Below, piece after piece: positions 1-14,162 of a stretch of 64,000 nt of DNA (position 1 is the first letter of the stretch; each line of letters starts with the position of its first letter). Position numbers and translations under genes: made by a program. A model generated the notes under the pieces. That model made no database searches, was not told where the DNA came from, and saw only the letters and a program-made list of their open reading frames with translations. Source of the DNA: Lingula anatina (lineage: Eukaryota > Animalia > Brachiopoda); the NCBI GenBank assembly GCA_051362555.1, contig CM120640.1, forward strand, positions 28,792,503 through 28,856,502, given 5' to 3'.

Positions 1-750
1 AATAATGGTTTAGACCTAAGTCCTTTTCTCAGGCTTTTACCATGTTTTAGAATGTACACTTTTACCTTCTGTATGATATCAAATTCTGATAAACTGTAAA
101 TAAATAAGCGAACGTAACTATTCCGTGGCTCCGGCCATTTGGCTGGCCTAAGAGATCGCCTAACGTTTTTTTTTTTTTCTCATAACCTTACTACTCAAAT
201 TTTTCAAAGACTTGAAAGTCTTTTCTTTATAAATGTCGTCAGCGTGTTAACTGTTTAAACATTTCAAGATTTGTATATTTTGTCCTTTTTTTTTTCTACA
301 CACTACAAAGTTCATGGTGTTCGTCAGAACTTATCGCAAGTTGTTAGTTCATTTTTGTCTAATAAAGGTTTTAAAACCAGTTTGCTTTCATTGGTAGGCC
401 TACTCACGTGTGAAGCGCTTTAAATTAAAAAAAAAATTTCGAAATTGGTGAGAAACTCTACCACTTATGACGCACTATTTTAAAGTAAAGTTTTATTAGA
501 AAACTTCATTTGAAGGTAAACACTCATTATCAATATAGTGATTTATAGGCCGTACATAGGCCCATTTAACATTTTTCATATTATTAAAAGTAATTAAGCG
601 AGCGGGAGAATTGTTTGTCCAAGGGGAACTTTACTAACATCAGTCTAGCAACTTTTAAAAAATACAGAGAGAGGGTCATGTGCCACCCTATTCTGAACAT
701 TACAGAGACAGGTACTTAAAAATAAAAATAATAATAACTAGATTTATCTG

Positions 751-802
<52 letters not shown>
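751..802. repeat. Compound (CT)n(CA)n microsatellite
   Basis: Directly visible: ctctctctctctctctca followed by a run of ca units. Confidence 0.95.
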
Positions 803-804
<2 letters not shown>

Positions 805-2352
805 ACATAAACTGACTAAATTCTGAACCTTCTTTACTGTCGCTTGCACCACCATCTCGCACTTTGAAATCGATCTAGTTAAATTTTACTAAAGCAGAAA
901 ATCTGCAATTTGTCAGGAAGCGAGCATGATGTTTAACGTCTCTGAAAATGTCTAGAATGTTTGTTTTAAATTACTTAATAAATAGCTTACGCCGGGTTTT
1001 AAATATTTGATTATTTTTTTGCAATATTTTAGCCATTTATAAGATATTTCAGTGACATCTGCGAATAGCTAGGCGATATGGTGACAGGACACGGGTGCTT
1101 TTTACGCAAAACACGGAAAAACTGCATTTTGTTTGAAAGTAGTTTGCAAAACATCCGCTATCAAGCACTGTGAAAAAATATTTGAGGTTGAGGACAAATG
1201 TGTCAGTAAAATAAACGTGCATATCGTAGTACCCCTTAAGCGCAGTCTAATTTTTGTTAGTATTAATAACGTGCAAACATTATCCAAAATCGATAATTTT
1301 TAATATTTTCGTTACTTAAACAGCTGAAGCCTTTACTAAATACGAAAATTTCCCCATACCAGGAAGGCACAAATTCAAAAATATTCTACGATTAAAAAAA
1401 AAACTCAATTTATCAATTTCTGTCACCAGTGATTACGAAAAAGTTGAATTCGCCAATATATCCGACTCAATTAATCGCTTTTCTTTCTTTTTTTTTCCCC
1501 AAATTGTCCTACATTTTGAGAATGTGAAATATTTAAATTATTTTCAAATTAAAGCACAGTTAATACATCAAATATGTTTAAAAATATGAAAACAATGACA
1601 ACTTTGCCTGGCTCAGATTATGTACTTATAGTTTATTTACACAATAAATCATCGATTTGCAATCATATCAATGCATATATACAAAAGCTAGATATATAGT
1701 ATATTTTACAACTCAATTGTTTGTTGTCACCTACATGTCACTAATAACACATTTTTTCAATATTGCGTCCTGAAAAAATCTAGAAGAAATGGGGGTTATT
1801 TATACCCATTAATAAATATACATAAAATATGTAAAAAAATATTGATAAATAGCAACCCAGATCTTTAATATACAGAAAGCTAAAAATCCAAGCACATATT
1901 AAATAACTTATAGTATTTGTGAGTGCCATCATTACATAAGCCATCAGTGTTTTGATTAATTTAAAAAAATAGGTGGGGTGGAGAGAGAACCACCAGAAAG
2001 CTACAAAAATTATTTACAGGTTCTTGTATTAAGACATGGTAACTGTATGTTGTTAAGGTTGCATGGTTCCAAAGATGGCAATCAAAATCAAAATCCTTGA
2101 TGGAATGAAAAAAAAATTTTTTTTCAAAAAAATATAACACTAATCAATTAGATACATTTGAAAAGATGCCTTGTCCAGCATATCAAAAAAGGTATGGCTG
2201 TAAAAAGCAGTAAGCTTTATTGATGATGCAGTTCATATGGTTATGACTTTGATAGAGGCATAAACACATCTTTATCCCCTAATTGGATTATCAAAACGTA
2301 AGGTTCCAAAACAGGAAAATCTTCAAACTTTTTGCAATCTTTGCAGTTGTAC

Positions 2353-5300
2353 TTAAAAGTCCAAAAGGTTTCCCACGGCTGGTGAATGTGTAGTAAAACT
2401 AACTTCTGGAGAGGAGGGAAGGAGCAAGGATGTATCATCACCTGCAAGAAAGGACAAAGTAGTAGTAGTACAACTGTATTTGATTATTTAATTGTACATT
2501 GTGACAAGTTTAATTTTCTTATCAACTGTACAAATTGTTTCATATACAAAACCTAAAGCTTCCTCCACTTGCTCTTCACACAATTCATTTACACAGTTCA
2601 CATCAATGGACTCACACTCCTCTTAGTTGTGTAATTACAAGACATTCACACAGTATGTTTAATTCACAGTTTTTTTGATCAGTTGCACAAAGCCTACAGA
2701 AAATGCTGCCCTACACAGCAATGTCTGCACATTTGTTGTTACGGAACATTCTTTGGAATGCATTTATTAAATAATACCGTGGCGTGGTAAACTCCACACC
2801 ATCAGATAAATCTTATTTGTGGTTTTAAAATACTACCTTTGTCCATTATAAATAAAGCTTTCAAGGTTTGCTGAATTGATAATTTATATTGCTATCACTC
2901 CAAATTTGTCAAAACTTCTGAATCTTACCAAGTATATCCTCAAATCTATCTGTTCTTTTTGCTTTGTAAGTTGCAGCCGAGTCTCTCCCTAAAAACACAA
3001 AAGAATAAAACTGGAATGAAGACTTGTTTCTGAACAATTTTTTCTAATGACATATATCTTAGGGGGAAAAACATGTTAAACATGTTAAACATAGCTGCAT
3101 TTCTCAAAACCAGCACAGTTTAGATCAATACAGGAGGGATACACAAATTTTCTTCTAGTCCACCCTTGTAATCCTCAATACCAAGCTAAGTGAATTTAGA
3201 CAAAAAGTTTCAGAATTAAATTTAACAAATCACCTAGAATGATTATCTTTCATCATAATTAACTCACCTTTCCTCCCAAAAGGAAGCCCAGGAGTTTCTC
3301 CTATGCCTGGGCTTAACATGGCATCTACATCTATCAAAGACCCATCTAAAGGTAAGCTTTCCCTTTGACGTGGAGTGTGGAGGTAGCCACCTCTGGCATC
3401 TTGTGGCAGCAAAGCTATGTCATGTGGTGACACAGGCATAGTAAACCCATGTGGACTTCTAGCACTTTGTGCCCCTTCCTCTCTGTCATTTGTAGATGCT
3501 GGTTTTTCACTTGCCCCTGAACTCCTTCCATTCTGTCCTAGCAAGTTCGAATAATCAGGTGAATCTGGCAGTCTGCTGCCTCCTGGACTCTTAAAATCTA
3601 GTATATTTTCTGGTTCATCTATATCTAGAGAGAATCTTTCATCTATTGAGGTCTTTCTGACTGGACTCTTTTCAAAATACCTTGGATCAATAACATCTGT
3701 TGTAGTTGTCTGTTGGCTTTTTGATGATAGGTTGCTCCCATTGACCTGTTTTGACAAGGAGGGCGACTTGTTGTTTTGCAATGATTCGAGTGGTGTAAAA
3801 TTATTCAGTTTCAGTTTTCTGTACCTTGAAATCAAATCATCCACACTGGAGTCTTTCTGTACATGTTTCATGTTGTTCAACTGTTCACCAGCTTCAATCC
3901 CATGTCCCAAATTAAAACCTGCTGAAGAACCAGTTGATGACGCGGCTGGGGATCTCGCATTACTTCTACTTGATTTTTGTTCCAGAAATTCGTCATAGTT
4001 TCTTTTCTCACTCCCTAATTCTGTCTGCTTTTCTTTTCTGCCAAAAACATGTGGAGATACAACCATGCGTACATCTTGTGATCCTACATGAGGAGAATCC
4101 TCCATGGAGGGACTGAAAGGCATGGTCACAGTAGTCAACAGGTCGTCCTCATCCTCTAAACTCAACAGGTCTTTTGGGTATCCACTGAAAGCACTGGATC
4201 TCTGAACCCCATCATCAGTAAACTGACCAAATGGCATATCCTTTGTTGAAATTGGTGTCACAGAAGGATTTGACTTTCTAGAATGATCAGATGATTTTGG
4301 AAATTCAGGGGTTGCAGAATAATCCTGTGGTGCTACATTTGGTCTTTTTGCCCTGTTTGGTAAATGAGGAGTTTTAGATTCAAAGAGATCTCTGTACTGG
4401 TCCTCTGTTGAAATAGGGGAGTCCCTGAATGACTTATCTTGTCTCTGTACAACAGAAGACACAATGGAACTTGACTGATCAGAACTGCTGGACTGCTTTC
4501 TCCAAGTCATGTCTTCTTGCACTGTACCTCCATTGAAAGTTAAGTCATTCAATAAATTTGTAACCTCTGAGGCAGCCTCAAGTCTTTCTTCAGCCTCTCT
4601 TGCAGACCTGTTCAAAGTTTGTCCTCCAACTACTGTTTCCATATCCAGCAAGGTTGGGGAATGCTTGGGTTTTCTTTTGGAAGATGGAGTTGCACCCTTA
4701 GGTTGATTAAGATCGACTTTAGCTACAAGGGACAGTGCATCTTTCTTTTCATCTGGCACTTCACCAACAGTAATGATGTTTTCTTCGTCTTAAAAGCAAA
4801 TTTGATTTGAATATTAATTAAAATGAATATTTCATCTTATTTCTAGCCTTTTCAAAAAGGATTAAACAGAAGCAAAGGTTACTCACGGACAATTGTGTAT
4901 TAACTCATCATCAAGATTCACAGATGTTATTGACACCAATCAGTCAGATGTTTAACCAACAAGATAGAAGATTGACATCTAATCCAAAGAATCAACTTAC
5001 CTGAATTTTCAGGTGTGAACAGATTCTTTGTAACCTCATCTAGCTCAGTCGAACTTGGTCTTCTGGGGAGCTGTTCCTCCATCAGGGTGTCATGCCAGGT
5101 CATCTTCTTGGCATGACCTCCTTCAGGCGTCCTGGCTATCTTGTCCTGGGATATGAATGCCTTCGTGCCTACGAAGAAGAAAACAGTGGGTTATTAACAG
5201 GCTCAAGCTGTTTTTTTTTTTTTCTTTTTTTTTTTTTTTGATAAATGCTTACGACATTTTGTTTATGCTAAATAAATTTAAACATACTTGGTGTTTTACC

Positions 5301-8300
5301 AATTTATCGTGGCTTTGGTTGTAAATTTTACTTATTTATTTATTATTATCTTTGCAAATTTTTATGAGCAATACAACCACTTCATTAGCAAATATCAATA
5401 TTTCATTCAAAACATACAATCTGTCAAATGTTGACACTATCCTCTACAGTGTCTATAAACCTAAGACTGAACCAATATTACGTACATATTTGAGAAAAAT
5501 ACTAATATAATGTCACCTTCTCTTACCTAGTCCTTCCAAAGGATCTTGCAAGTTAAGATCTGCCATGTTCATAGAGTCAGGTGTGGATTCCCCTGAACTA
5601 AGACCACTGGTATATTTTCTGCTGGAATCCATTACCGCGTCTGCTATCTACAGATAAACAAAACCTCAAATGAAAAGCATGACTGGATACAGAAATATTT
5701 GATTACTTATACAGTTCACATACACTTTATGCAATGTAAAATAAATCACCCTTGCCTAAAATACTTTAAATGGGGCAGTGAATTGCAGACAGACATTATC
5801 TATCATGGTTTCTAAGGAAATGGACAATATAAGGTTGCAGTAAGCATATGCACGTTGTTGTTTTAATTCAGCATAAGAACATGTAGTAGTTCTCATTCAG
5901 AATGACTGTACCCTGAATGTGAAAGTTACGTCAAAAAAAAGTCAGTACATGACCCAAATTAATAAGAATTTGCACTAAAGTACTTCATCTCCTATTATCT
6001 GAGGTAAACTTTGCTTTTGTACCTTATCAGCTAATATATCATGTGCTCTAGGTGATGTTCTTGTAGAATGCCTCTCAACCCTTGGTGTCTGAGACTGGGG
6101 TCTTCTTGTGTTCACAATGGTCTAAAATGTAAAGTGCAAGGTCAACTAAACCCATCTCTCCACTCACTTCCCCCAAAATCTGTCAAAAGTATGCATATTA
6201 ATTAAATCCAATCTTCCTCCACCAACTCCAGCAATGAATTGTGCTAAAATGGAGCAAGATTGATTTCCATATTCTTATGTATTCTTCCATTCAAAAGTGT
6301 AAAAAATCCTACCTTATCTCTTTGTTTTGACTTAAACCCTGGCTTTGACTTTGACACCTGCTCTGTCAATTTCTCCCTTGCTGACTCTCTAGTACTTCTA
6401 CCTTCTTGTGTTGTTTCCATTTCTAATGTCTCAAACATGGTATTTACTCCATTTCTGCTGTCCATGACAAGTGGACTTGTGCCTAAACAGGAAAGGTGAA
6501 TGTACATGCAAACTGTTAATTCATCATCCGTGTCAAGAAAACACTGTGCAATTCAATAAAATTATTTCTGTCTTCTTAATAATAAGTCAGATATTTTGCC
6601 CTAATCTTGAGCAGGGTTGATAGCAGACTATCACTAAATCCTGGTGACCATGTGGTACTTACAGTTAATTTAAGATACATAATTGTCCAGGAACATGCTA
6701 GCATATCAAAATTTCATAAAATGGTACAGACAGAAAAGTACCGATTTTTAAACATTTTACAAACAATTTAGTAACTGATTTATTTAGCTAAAACAAAAAT
6801 ATGCAAGAGTGACCCAAGGATACAACAGGAAAACATGACAAAGGTGTCTGAACTCAGCAAGCATGTACAGTACGAGCATGTTAGTAATGAGCTTAGGAAA
6901 GCAGGTACCTGCTAGAGTACCACGTGAGGCACCAGGAGTCCCAGGCGCCGATCTGATCCTGGTCCTCTGCTTGTTCCCTACACGCTCCACTTGAACCACA
7001 GGAATTGGTAGATGGCTCATTGGTACACTGCAGATAAAAAATATCCATAGGGCAAAGCTAAAACTTAAGTTACCATTATTATCAATTAGGTAAAGTCATG
7101 TACACAGATTAATTCTCTGGCATCTGGAGGATGCTTATATTTTCCAACAAACAGAAAACATGTCAAGCTTGGTGCAAACCTAATATCCAATAAGGTTTTT
7201 AAAAGTCAACTAAATAAATGTCAAGTTGCCAAAAATTCATTTTTTCAGTTAAAACAACATTCATTGAGGGAATTTATACACAAACACAAAGCCAACCTAT
7301 CAGATTGGTAACTATCATTCAATATCCTAGAACTAGGATTACCACACCAGAAACGTACTTATCTGCTCCATACGGTTGTCCCTTAATACCAAGTTTTGGA
7401 CCATAGAGGGGAGTACCTGCACCAAGAGAGGCCTGCTCTCTTCTCACAGTTTTCTCCACAGAATTCACAAGGCGTGACACTGCCTCCGGGGTGGACACTA
7501 AAATATGAGTTTTGGTGAAAAAGTTTCACTTCACTGACCATAACAGAATCAAAAACATATGAAAAATAAATTCAGTACATTGTAAACTTTGCTTGCAGAG
7601 ATGTCTAGACTGCAGAAATTGTTCTATAATGTTACCTTTATTAGGTGTCAGTGTAGTTGAGATATTTGGTGGGGTTCCCTCCGTCAAAGTGGAATCTTCT
7701 TGAAATGAGATGGGTGGTGTGGGTGGAAGAAGTCCTAAACCAAGCGACTGAAAAGGCCAAAAACTTATTGTCACTCAATTTCTTTATTACATTCTTTCTT
7801 TTCAAATTGTTTTTAATACCTCATGTTCTAATCAAAACACACATAGACCCTATTTTACAATTTTTTTTTCATTTGAAGACTTTTAAAGTTGCTTACTGCA
7901 GTTCTGATCCCATGAGGCGTCCTTCCAGTTACAGGTTGCTGATCTAAGGAATGCTTTAATTGGTCTATAGATGCCTTGAGATTTGGAATCAGCTCCTTTG
8001 CCATCTTTGACCTTGAAACAACACAAAAAGAGCAACTTATAGCATGTGTATGATAGGAAAATATAAAATAGAAGACTATTGTACAGATAAATACAGGAAG
8101 TTGAAAATAGGCAGAAAGACAAATGCACCCTACATTTTCCATCATATGACTACATCAGAAGTTGAAAAATAGGCAATTAACAATTACCTCAGAGCCTGGG
8201 TATTAGACAGATATGCATGGTGTGTATGAACTTGAGTAGCTACTGTGGCTAAATGGTCCCCAAAATTAGGAACTCCAGCTGAAAAATTAAATTGTTAATC

Positions 8301-11300
8301 CTGTAGTAAATACCAACATAATGGAGATACCTTCCTGTTGAAACCATGCATGTCATATCCAAATTGTAATTATTCAATTACTTTTAATTTGAATTATCAT
8401 CAAAAACATACCTCAGCTAAACATTACCCAGCAAAATAAAGCCTTCACTGCATCCCTCTAAGGTCAACCTACCTGTGTGCAGTTTTTCAATGTAAAGATG
8501 CAGGGAAAGATTCCAAAGATGCACCAGACTGCAATGAAGTAATATAGATATCAATAGAATGTAGTTATCCGACTTCAGTGTACAAAATCTGAACATTTGA
8601 AAAAAATAGCAATAACAGCAGCGTGAACAAGGCCATGGCAGAGAGTCTTTGTGTAGCTTCTGCTCTTCAAGATGTCCATAGTTTCCTGACATTCGAGATA
8701 TTTTCTTTGAACAGTGCAGAAAGGAAAATAAAGCACTAAAACTAGACAATGTAGGGCATTTAACACAGTGGTTACTTAATAATAGCACATACCTTAACAG
8801 ATTCAGCTTCCCTCCTTTTAAAGTGTTATCAACATTTCTCTAAAAAAAGAAAATTAAAAATAAGTTAGATACATATTGTGCAAATTAATTTTAGAGTACA
8901 CTCTTGAAAGAGAAATCTTACACAACAGATTTTCAAAGATGTAAGTAGTTATGCTCCTCTTATTCAATTAAATTTAACATGAACTTTATATTACTGTACA
9001 CTAAAACCATTTTAAGAATTCCTTACCCTTTGCAATTCACTCTCACACTCTCGCAATAGTAAGTCAGGAATTTTGACATTAATTTCCCCTGCATCAATTT
9101 TATACTGGTCTAGTGTTCCATGAAGAATAGATTCTATAACCTCACATTCTTGTTCTTTTGAGCCATTGAAGTCATCCAGGATTTTCCATAATTCCCTCAC
9201 CTATGCAGAAATCAATTGCAGAATTTTTCTTAAGATACTGTGCCATTCAATCATCAAGCCAATATTACATCTCACCATACACATAAATTTGAGAAACACT
9301 CAACCATTGTGACACAAAACTTAATGATGACAAGCAACACAACTTTTTACAAATATAGTTTACTGGGCTCAAGTTTACCTTCTGAACTTTCTGTGCTCTT
9401 TTTACTGACTGAACATCCAATGCTGGATCGTGTATACCTGACCTTCGTTTTGGAACAGGGCTGGAAAAGAAGTATAACTAGGAGCTGAAAACTTCTTTAG
9501 GTATCTGTACACTTGCATCTATTGTTTGACTGAACGGAATCTTAAAGTAGCAAAAAAAAAGATAATGATGTTACCTTCCTCCTAGAGTAGTCCCCTTCTG
9601 TATTTCATCTCTGACTAGCCTTTCTTTGTCTCTGACAGCCTTGCTTAGGGTGCGATTATCTTTAACAAGTTCACTAAAACATAAAAGTGCGGATAACTGG
9701 TTCAGTTCTACTTGGTCTTAGCTTAAATCCAGAATATCATTATGCTATGCTCTTAAATTTCAACTTCTACAAAAAGTCCATGACTTCATATAGGTTTACT
9801 TTTTTCTTCAAAATTCACAATCACAGAATTAAAAATGTCAACAAAACAATGCCACCAATATCCTCTCAATCAATATCAATATCCTCTCAATGCAAGACTC
9901 ATTAATTCAACAGGGTCTAAAATACCTTCCACTACGTAATTACTTATAAACAACCCACACCTTGCATATTCTTTCCATTGCTGCTGTACTTGTACTGTAT
10001 CCTCAACATGCTCTAGAAACCTCTTCCTGTGCCTGACTGCCCCGCACTTCAGGCTCTCACTTATCACATGGTCTATGGCTAAGTTCTGGGGAGTAAGTAC
10101 AGGGTGCTGCAGCATGTCCCTTGTTTTCAAACCTTTATCAAAGATGTGTTAAGAATTAAAACAAATTCATTATCATTAAATATAACAAAAACATGTTCAC
10201 ACAAGATTTCATTCTTAACACTTAGTAAGCATATTGGATAGATGCTGCAGGATTATTTTTTCAAAAACAAAATTTTAAAGTATTGCTTTGACTAATTCAG
10301 AAGAATTTGTTTACAAATGACCATGTCATGACTATTTAAATCCATCATTGTGAAAGTTTATTTTTCCAATGTTTTTTTAATGTATGTGGAAATATAAGTC
10401 ACTATTTTGATGGCTGACAGTTCAGCTTGATCATGAAAATGAGACTACATACAGTGGTCATAGCTCTGTCTCTTGGTAATTGCACCCTCAAGTCCCAGCT
10501 GGCAGCATTTGCCTTAACAGTATTTTGTAAATGTCCAAGTACTTCCAAGATACAGAGAAAAGTAACAGTTATAATTGTGCCTATGATCTAAGCATGCTCA
10601 CTAATCTATTTCCTCATACTCTTGCAAATCCACCTTTCTGCAACCTTATGTCAAATTATTTCAATGTAAAACACTTTACAACTTACCATGATCATTCTTA
10701 ATTGTCCTCAGTATAACATATCTTGAAAAGTTAAACATCAGCTGATAAAAACGGTCACCTCCAGGTGACATGAATGTAGATGCCACTATCCTGGGTAAAT
10801 GGGCATCCTTTTCTTCCTAAATGGAAATAAATATTTCTATAAAAGCACCAGCAATATAATACTACATACAGCACAGAAATCAACAGACTATTACTGACAA
10901 TGCTTCAAAACTTTCCTGACACTTTATTTTGAAATGTGACAGCAAAAATAGGGCAATTGAGGTGATAAATAATGGGAGGTTTTTCACTACTGAACACTTT
11001 TTATGTGCAAATTAACCTAGTTAATCTGATTTAAATGTAGCACAAGCGCTGCCTGCTTAGTTAAGCCCTATGACGTAATACTATGGATTTGGACTTTTTG
11101 TTTTTTATTTCACGGTGAGACTAATTATTTAAGCTTATTAAAGAATTGTTATTGGTTGTAGTTTTAGATGCGAGTCGTAGTGTAGTTAGTAACCAATAAA
11201 CTTTTCTAAGCTGGCGCTGTGTTGTTGTTTAACTGAAAACTTATGGCACAAATACAAAACATCATAATAAACCTAAATGAGATGTGGGCAATTACCTTGG

Positions 11301-12156
11301 CAATCATTGTTAGCCAATTATTGCATGCTTTTCTAAATAGTTGTTCCACTTTCTTGTCTATCACTGGCCAACAGTCACTACAGAAAAATAAATATAAGTT
11401 GAATTTCATACAAAGAAAAAAATCATGATGCATTGTTATTTTTGCACGGTTTATTTTTTTCTTTTCAAAGATTCTCCATGAGTATGATATTCTTATCTTA
11501 CTCTGGGGTAGCACTAACATTTTTTCCCCGCTTAGCTAAATCACCACTTTTTTGTCAATTTGTTATCCAAATGGTTATAATTATGTCAGTTTTAGCATTT
11601 GGCTACTAGTAAATTGGCAAGTGTTAGGGCTACCCTCGTTACTATAATGTCAAAACATAAACAGCTTGTATTCGTCTTCACCTAACAGTATCATGTACAA
11701 AGCTTACCGAAAAGTTTCTCTGCACATCACAGGATCCAACTTATTGAAAAGAAAGTACATAACCACCTCAAAGGCTTTCTTGTTTGGCAGTGCAAACATA
11801 TCCCTGAAATGTAGTATGTAGTACTTTACACATTTCAAGTCCTCACACAGCAATAACAATTCCATTCCAACTTCATATTTTTACTTTTCTCATAGTTTTT
11901 ACCACTTTCTATCATTTATTTATCATAATTATATGATACATTAAATTCTATTATGGACTATTAACTTTAAAACAATAAGTAAATATCAATATGCCATGAA
12001 CACATACCTGTTAAAAGGAATTTTATACTGTGATTCCATTGCCCCTGTATCAAATCCCAGAAGCAGAAGGTTAGTAAAGAAAACCTGTCTCATGTCAGTA
12101 GGGTCAAGTGACACCCCTAGTGGCTTCTTGGCCTCCAACTCCCAGCTATGCTCCAT
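2353..12156 (-). CDS. HAUS6: HAUS augmin-like complex subunit 6 (Dgt6), ~1296 aa, 22 coding exons
   Basis: Exons (minus): 12156-12008, 11803-11708, 11377-11296, 10816-10687, 10132-9961, 9673-9575, 9460-9379, 9200-9027, 8839-8793, 8528-8473, 8278-8188, 8011-7897, 7747-7636, 7497-7359, 7027-6909, 6482-6313, 6121-6023, 5647-5527, 5168-5001, 4788-3268, 2988-2929, 2441-2353. All introns GT-AG, total 3891 nt in frame. N-terminus has HAUS6_N signatures: FFTNLLLLGFD, MFALPNKKAFEVVMYFLF, FRDCWPVIDKKVEQLFRKACNNWL, FMSPGGDRFYQLMFNFSRYV. Long S/P-rich C-terminal tail (the 509-aa ORF is exon 20). Confidence 0.9.
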
Positions 12157-13877
12157 ACTTAACAGTGCTTTATCAAACAAATTCACCTGAAAAGAAATTA
12201 AGTACTTGTATAGTGCACATTTACTTAATGCTATTTGGAGATAATACTCAGTTTAAAGATCTCTGAGGTTGCACGTGCTGGCTAAATGAAGCTTATATTC
12301 ACTAGAAATGTGTGTAGATTTCACACACCTGTCTCAAGAAAATTGCTTTTGGTGACCAAAAATTATATGGAGTTCTAAGAGAGATGGCAAACTGTACTTC
12401 CATTGTTTTCATATACTGAATGTAAAAGCAACAGAAAGATGCAAGTATCAACATACCTGATCTCACACCACTTCGAGAAATGTTAGATCATGAAAATATT
12501 ACCTAAGAAACACTATGCTAGTCAACATTCTGGACCTGTGGTACGGAAGAATAAAGACACTGCCACATTTCATCAGTCCTCAAAACTGGGTGTCACTAAA
12601 TACCAAAATTACTCAAAATGACACCTAAATGATATTCTAAACATTTTTTTCACCACAAATTACATGTCTTAAACTCAACACAATGTTTCTCTGCCTATCA
12701 AGAAGTGGGCAGCCGTCTAAATTGTGCACTTCTGTCATAACTGAGGAGCTGCAAAAATATTTCTCCTTTACAGATTAACATTTATTGAGTTCAAGATTAA
12801 TGTAATTTGGGGTGAAGGATCCCAATAGCAAATTATGTTTAAAACCACATTAAGTGCCATTTTGTCATATCTAGGTAGATCACAATCCGCTAGGGGCGCT
12901 ACAGTCGTAACTGTCCACAGGCAGTGAAGTGTTAAACTGAAGTCGGCCTGCTGACAGTTCGCCTATGGAACCCCTTTTTTAAATCTCTCTTTTAGCGCTG
13001 CGTAAAAAAACTAATACAAGCCATTAACTAAATAAGTTGTAAATCAAAGAGTAAAATCCGGTCACATGATTTTCCCATGTTGCAGTCTTTGACAAGTTTC
13101 GGTTCTGCTTGTTTTAAGTTTTGCCTCTACAAAATGCTAAAAAATTTCAGGTAAGTGCTGGTATCATCTTTTTGAAATTTATATCCAGCAAAGTTTATGA
13201 AATTTGCTATATTATGTAGAAAAATCATGAAATTTGAAGGTTGCGAAGTATAGTTAATTTAATCCGCAATATTACATGATGTGAAAATTACCACAGGGAA
13301 ATAGCTCTGCCCTGATTAGTCACAGGCTATGTGAGCCAGACAATAGGCTGAGCACACAAAGACACACGGTGCTCTGCTGCGCCTGAGTGATCACTGCTGG
13401 TCAGTGGGCACAGGTTTTGAGCTGAGAAGTGTGGACACTTTTGGTGGATTTTTGCAGTTAAAAAACTTCAATATCTTTGTTGCTTGTAGGAATATTTAAA
13501 AAATTCCAAATGATTTCATCCGGTTTTTGCATTACCTTTCAGATGATATAAGTATTTTAATTTTCTGATCAGTTTGAAAATTTTTCTGATATACCTATCA
13601 TATCGATATTTTGTGACACCCCTTGGCCTGGGCCCTCCAGTCAATTTTCTGAGACATTCGAACTCATTATTTCGTTAGACCATAGTCCAATCAGTGTGCG
13701 TGAATGCGCGTACTAGTGCACCTGTGAACGTGTGTTCGTTTTGTTTGTGAGGTTTGTGTTGAATAAAAGTCAAGAGTGAAACAGAGTATTTGAAATAGAA
13801 ACAACGTATGAAATACAAGTATGTAACACTTAATTTATGTATGAGTATCCTCATAAATTACCATCATCTTTGCTTAC

Positions 13878-14162
13878 CTGCTTTGTGTATTTTTGGTATA
13901 TCAATTTAACGTGCCATTATTTCAAAGACAAACTTCCAACAGGCGGTCGCCATATTGAAATAGACCGCCAACCAAAGAGCCCGTATGTAAAAGTTAGCTT
14001 CGATATTACGTTCTGCACTTTAAGTAAAGAAAAAAATTCATTTGCTTGCTAAAAAAAAACGGTGTTATTTTAAAATTCAAACAGTAAAGAAAAACTATAA
14101 AATTCACGAAGACTGTTTTTTATTCTATAAAAGTAAGGCAGCAGTTAATTTATGTAACCAAC
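13878..14162. promoter_or_regulatory. Probable bidirectional promoter of HAUS6 and SDHAF4, including a putative non-coding first exon of HAUS6
   Basis: HAUS6's ATG exon starts at a splice acceptor (12187), so an upstream exon is needed. A strong minus-strand donor CAG|GTAAGC lies at 13878/13877. YY1-like CAATATGGCG on the minus strand at 13948-13957. SDHAF4 ATG at 14163. Confidence 0.55.

Noticed and set aside
9541-9574. Possible 34-nt intron in HAUS6 (acceptor-like tttaag at 9541)
   Set aside because: Too short and it leads to an in-frame stop. The acceptor at 9461 preserves the frame.
12890-13640. Transposon-like segment in the HAUS6 5' intron (similar impression for 1-1600 and 31420-32200)
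   Set aside because: No matching termini, TSD or second copy could be identified in the window. A repeat-library search is needed.
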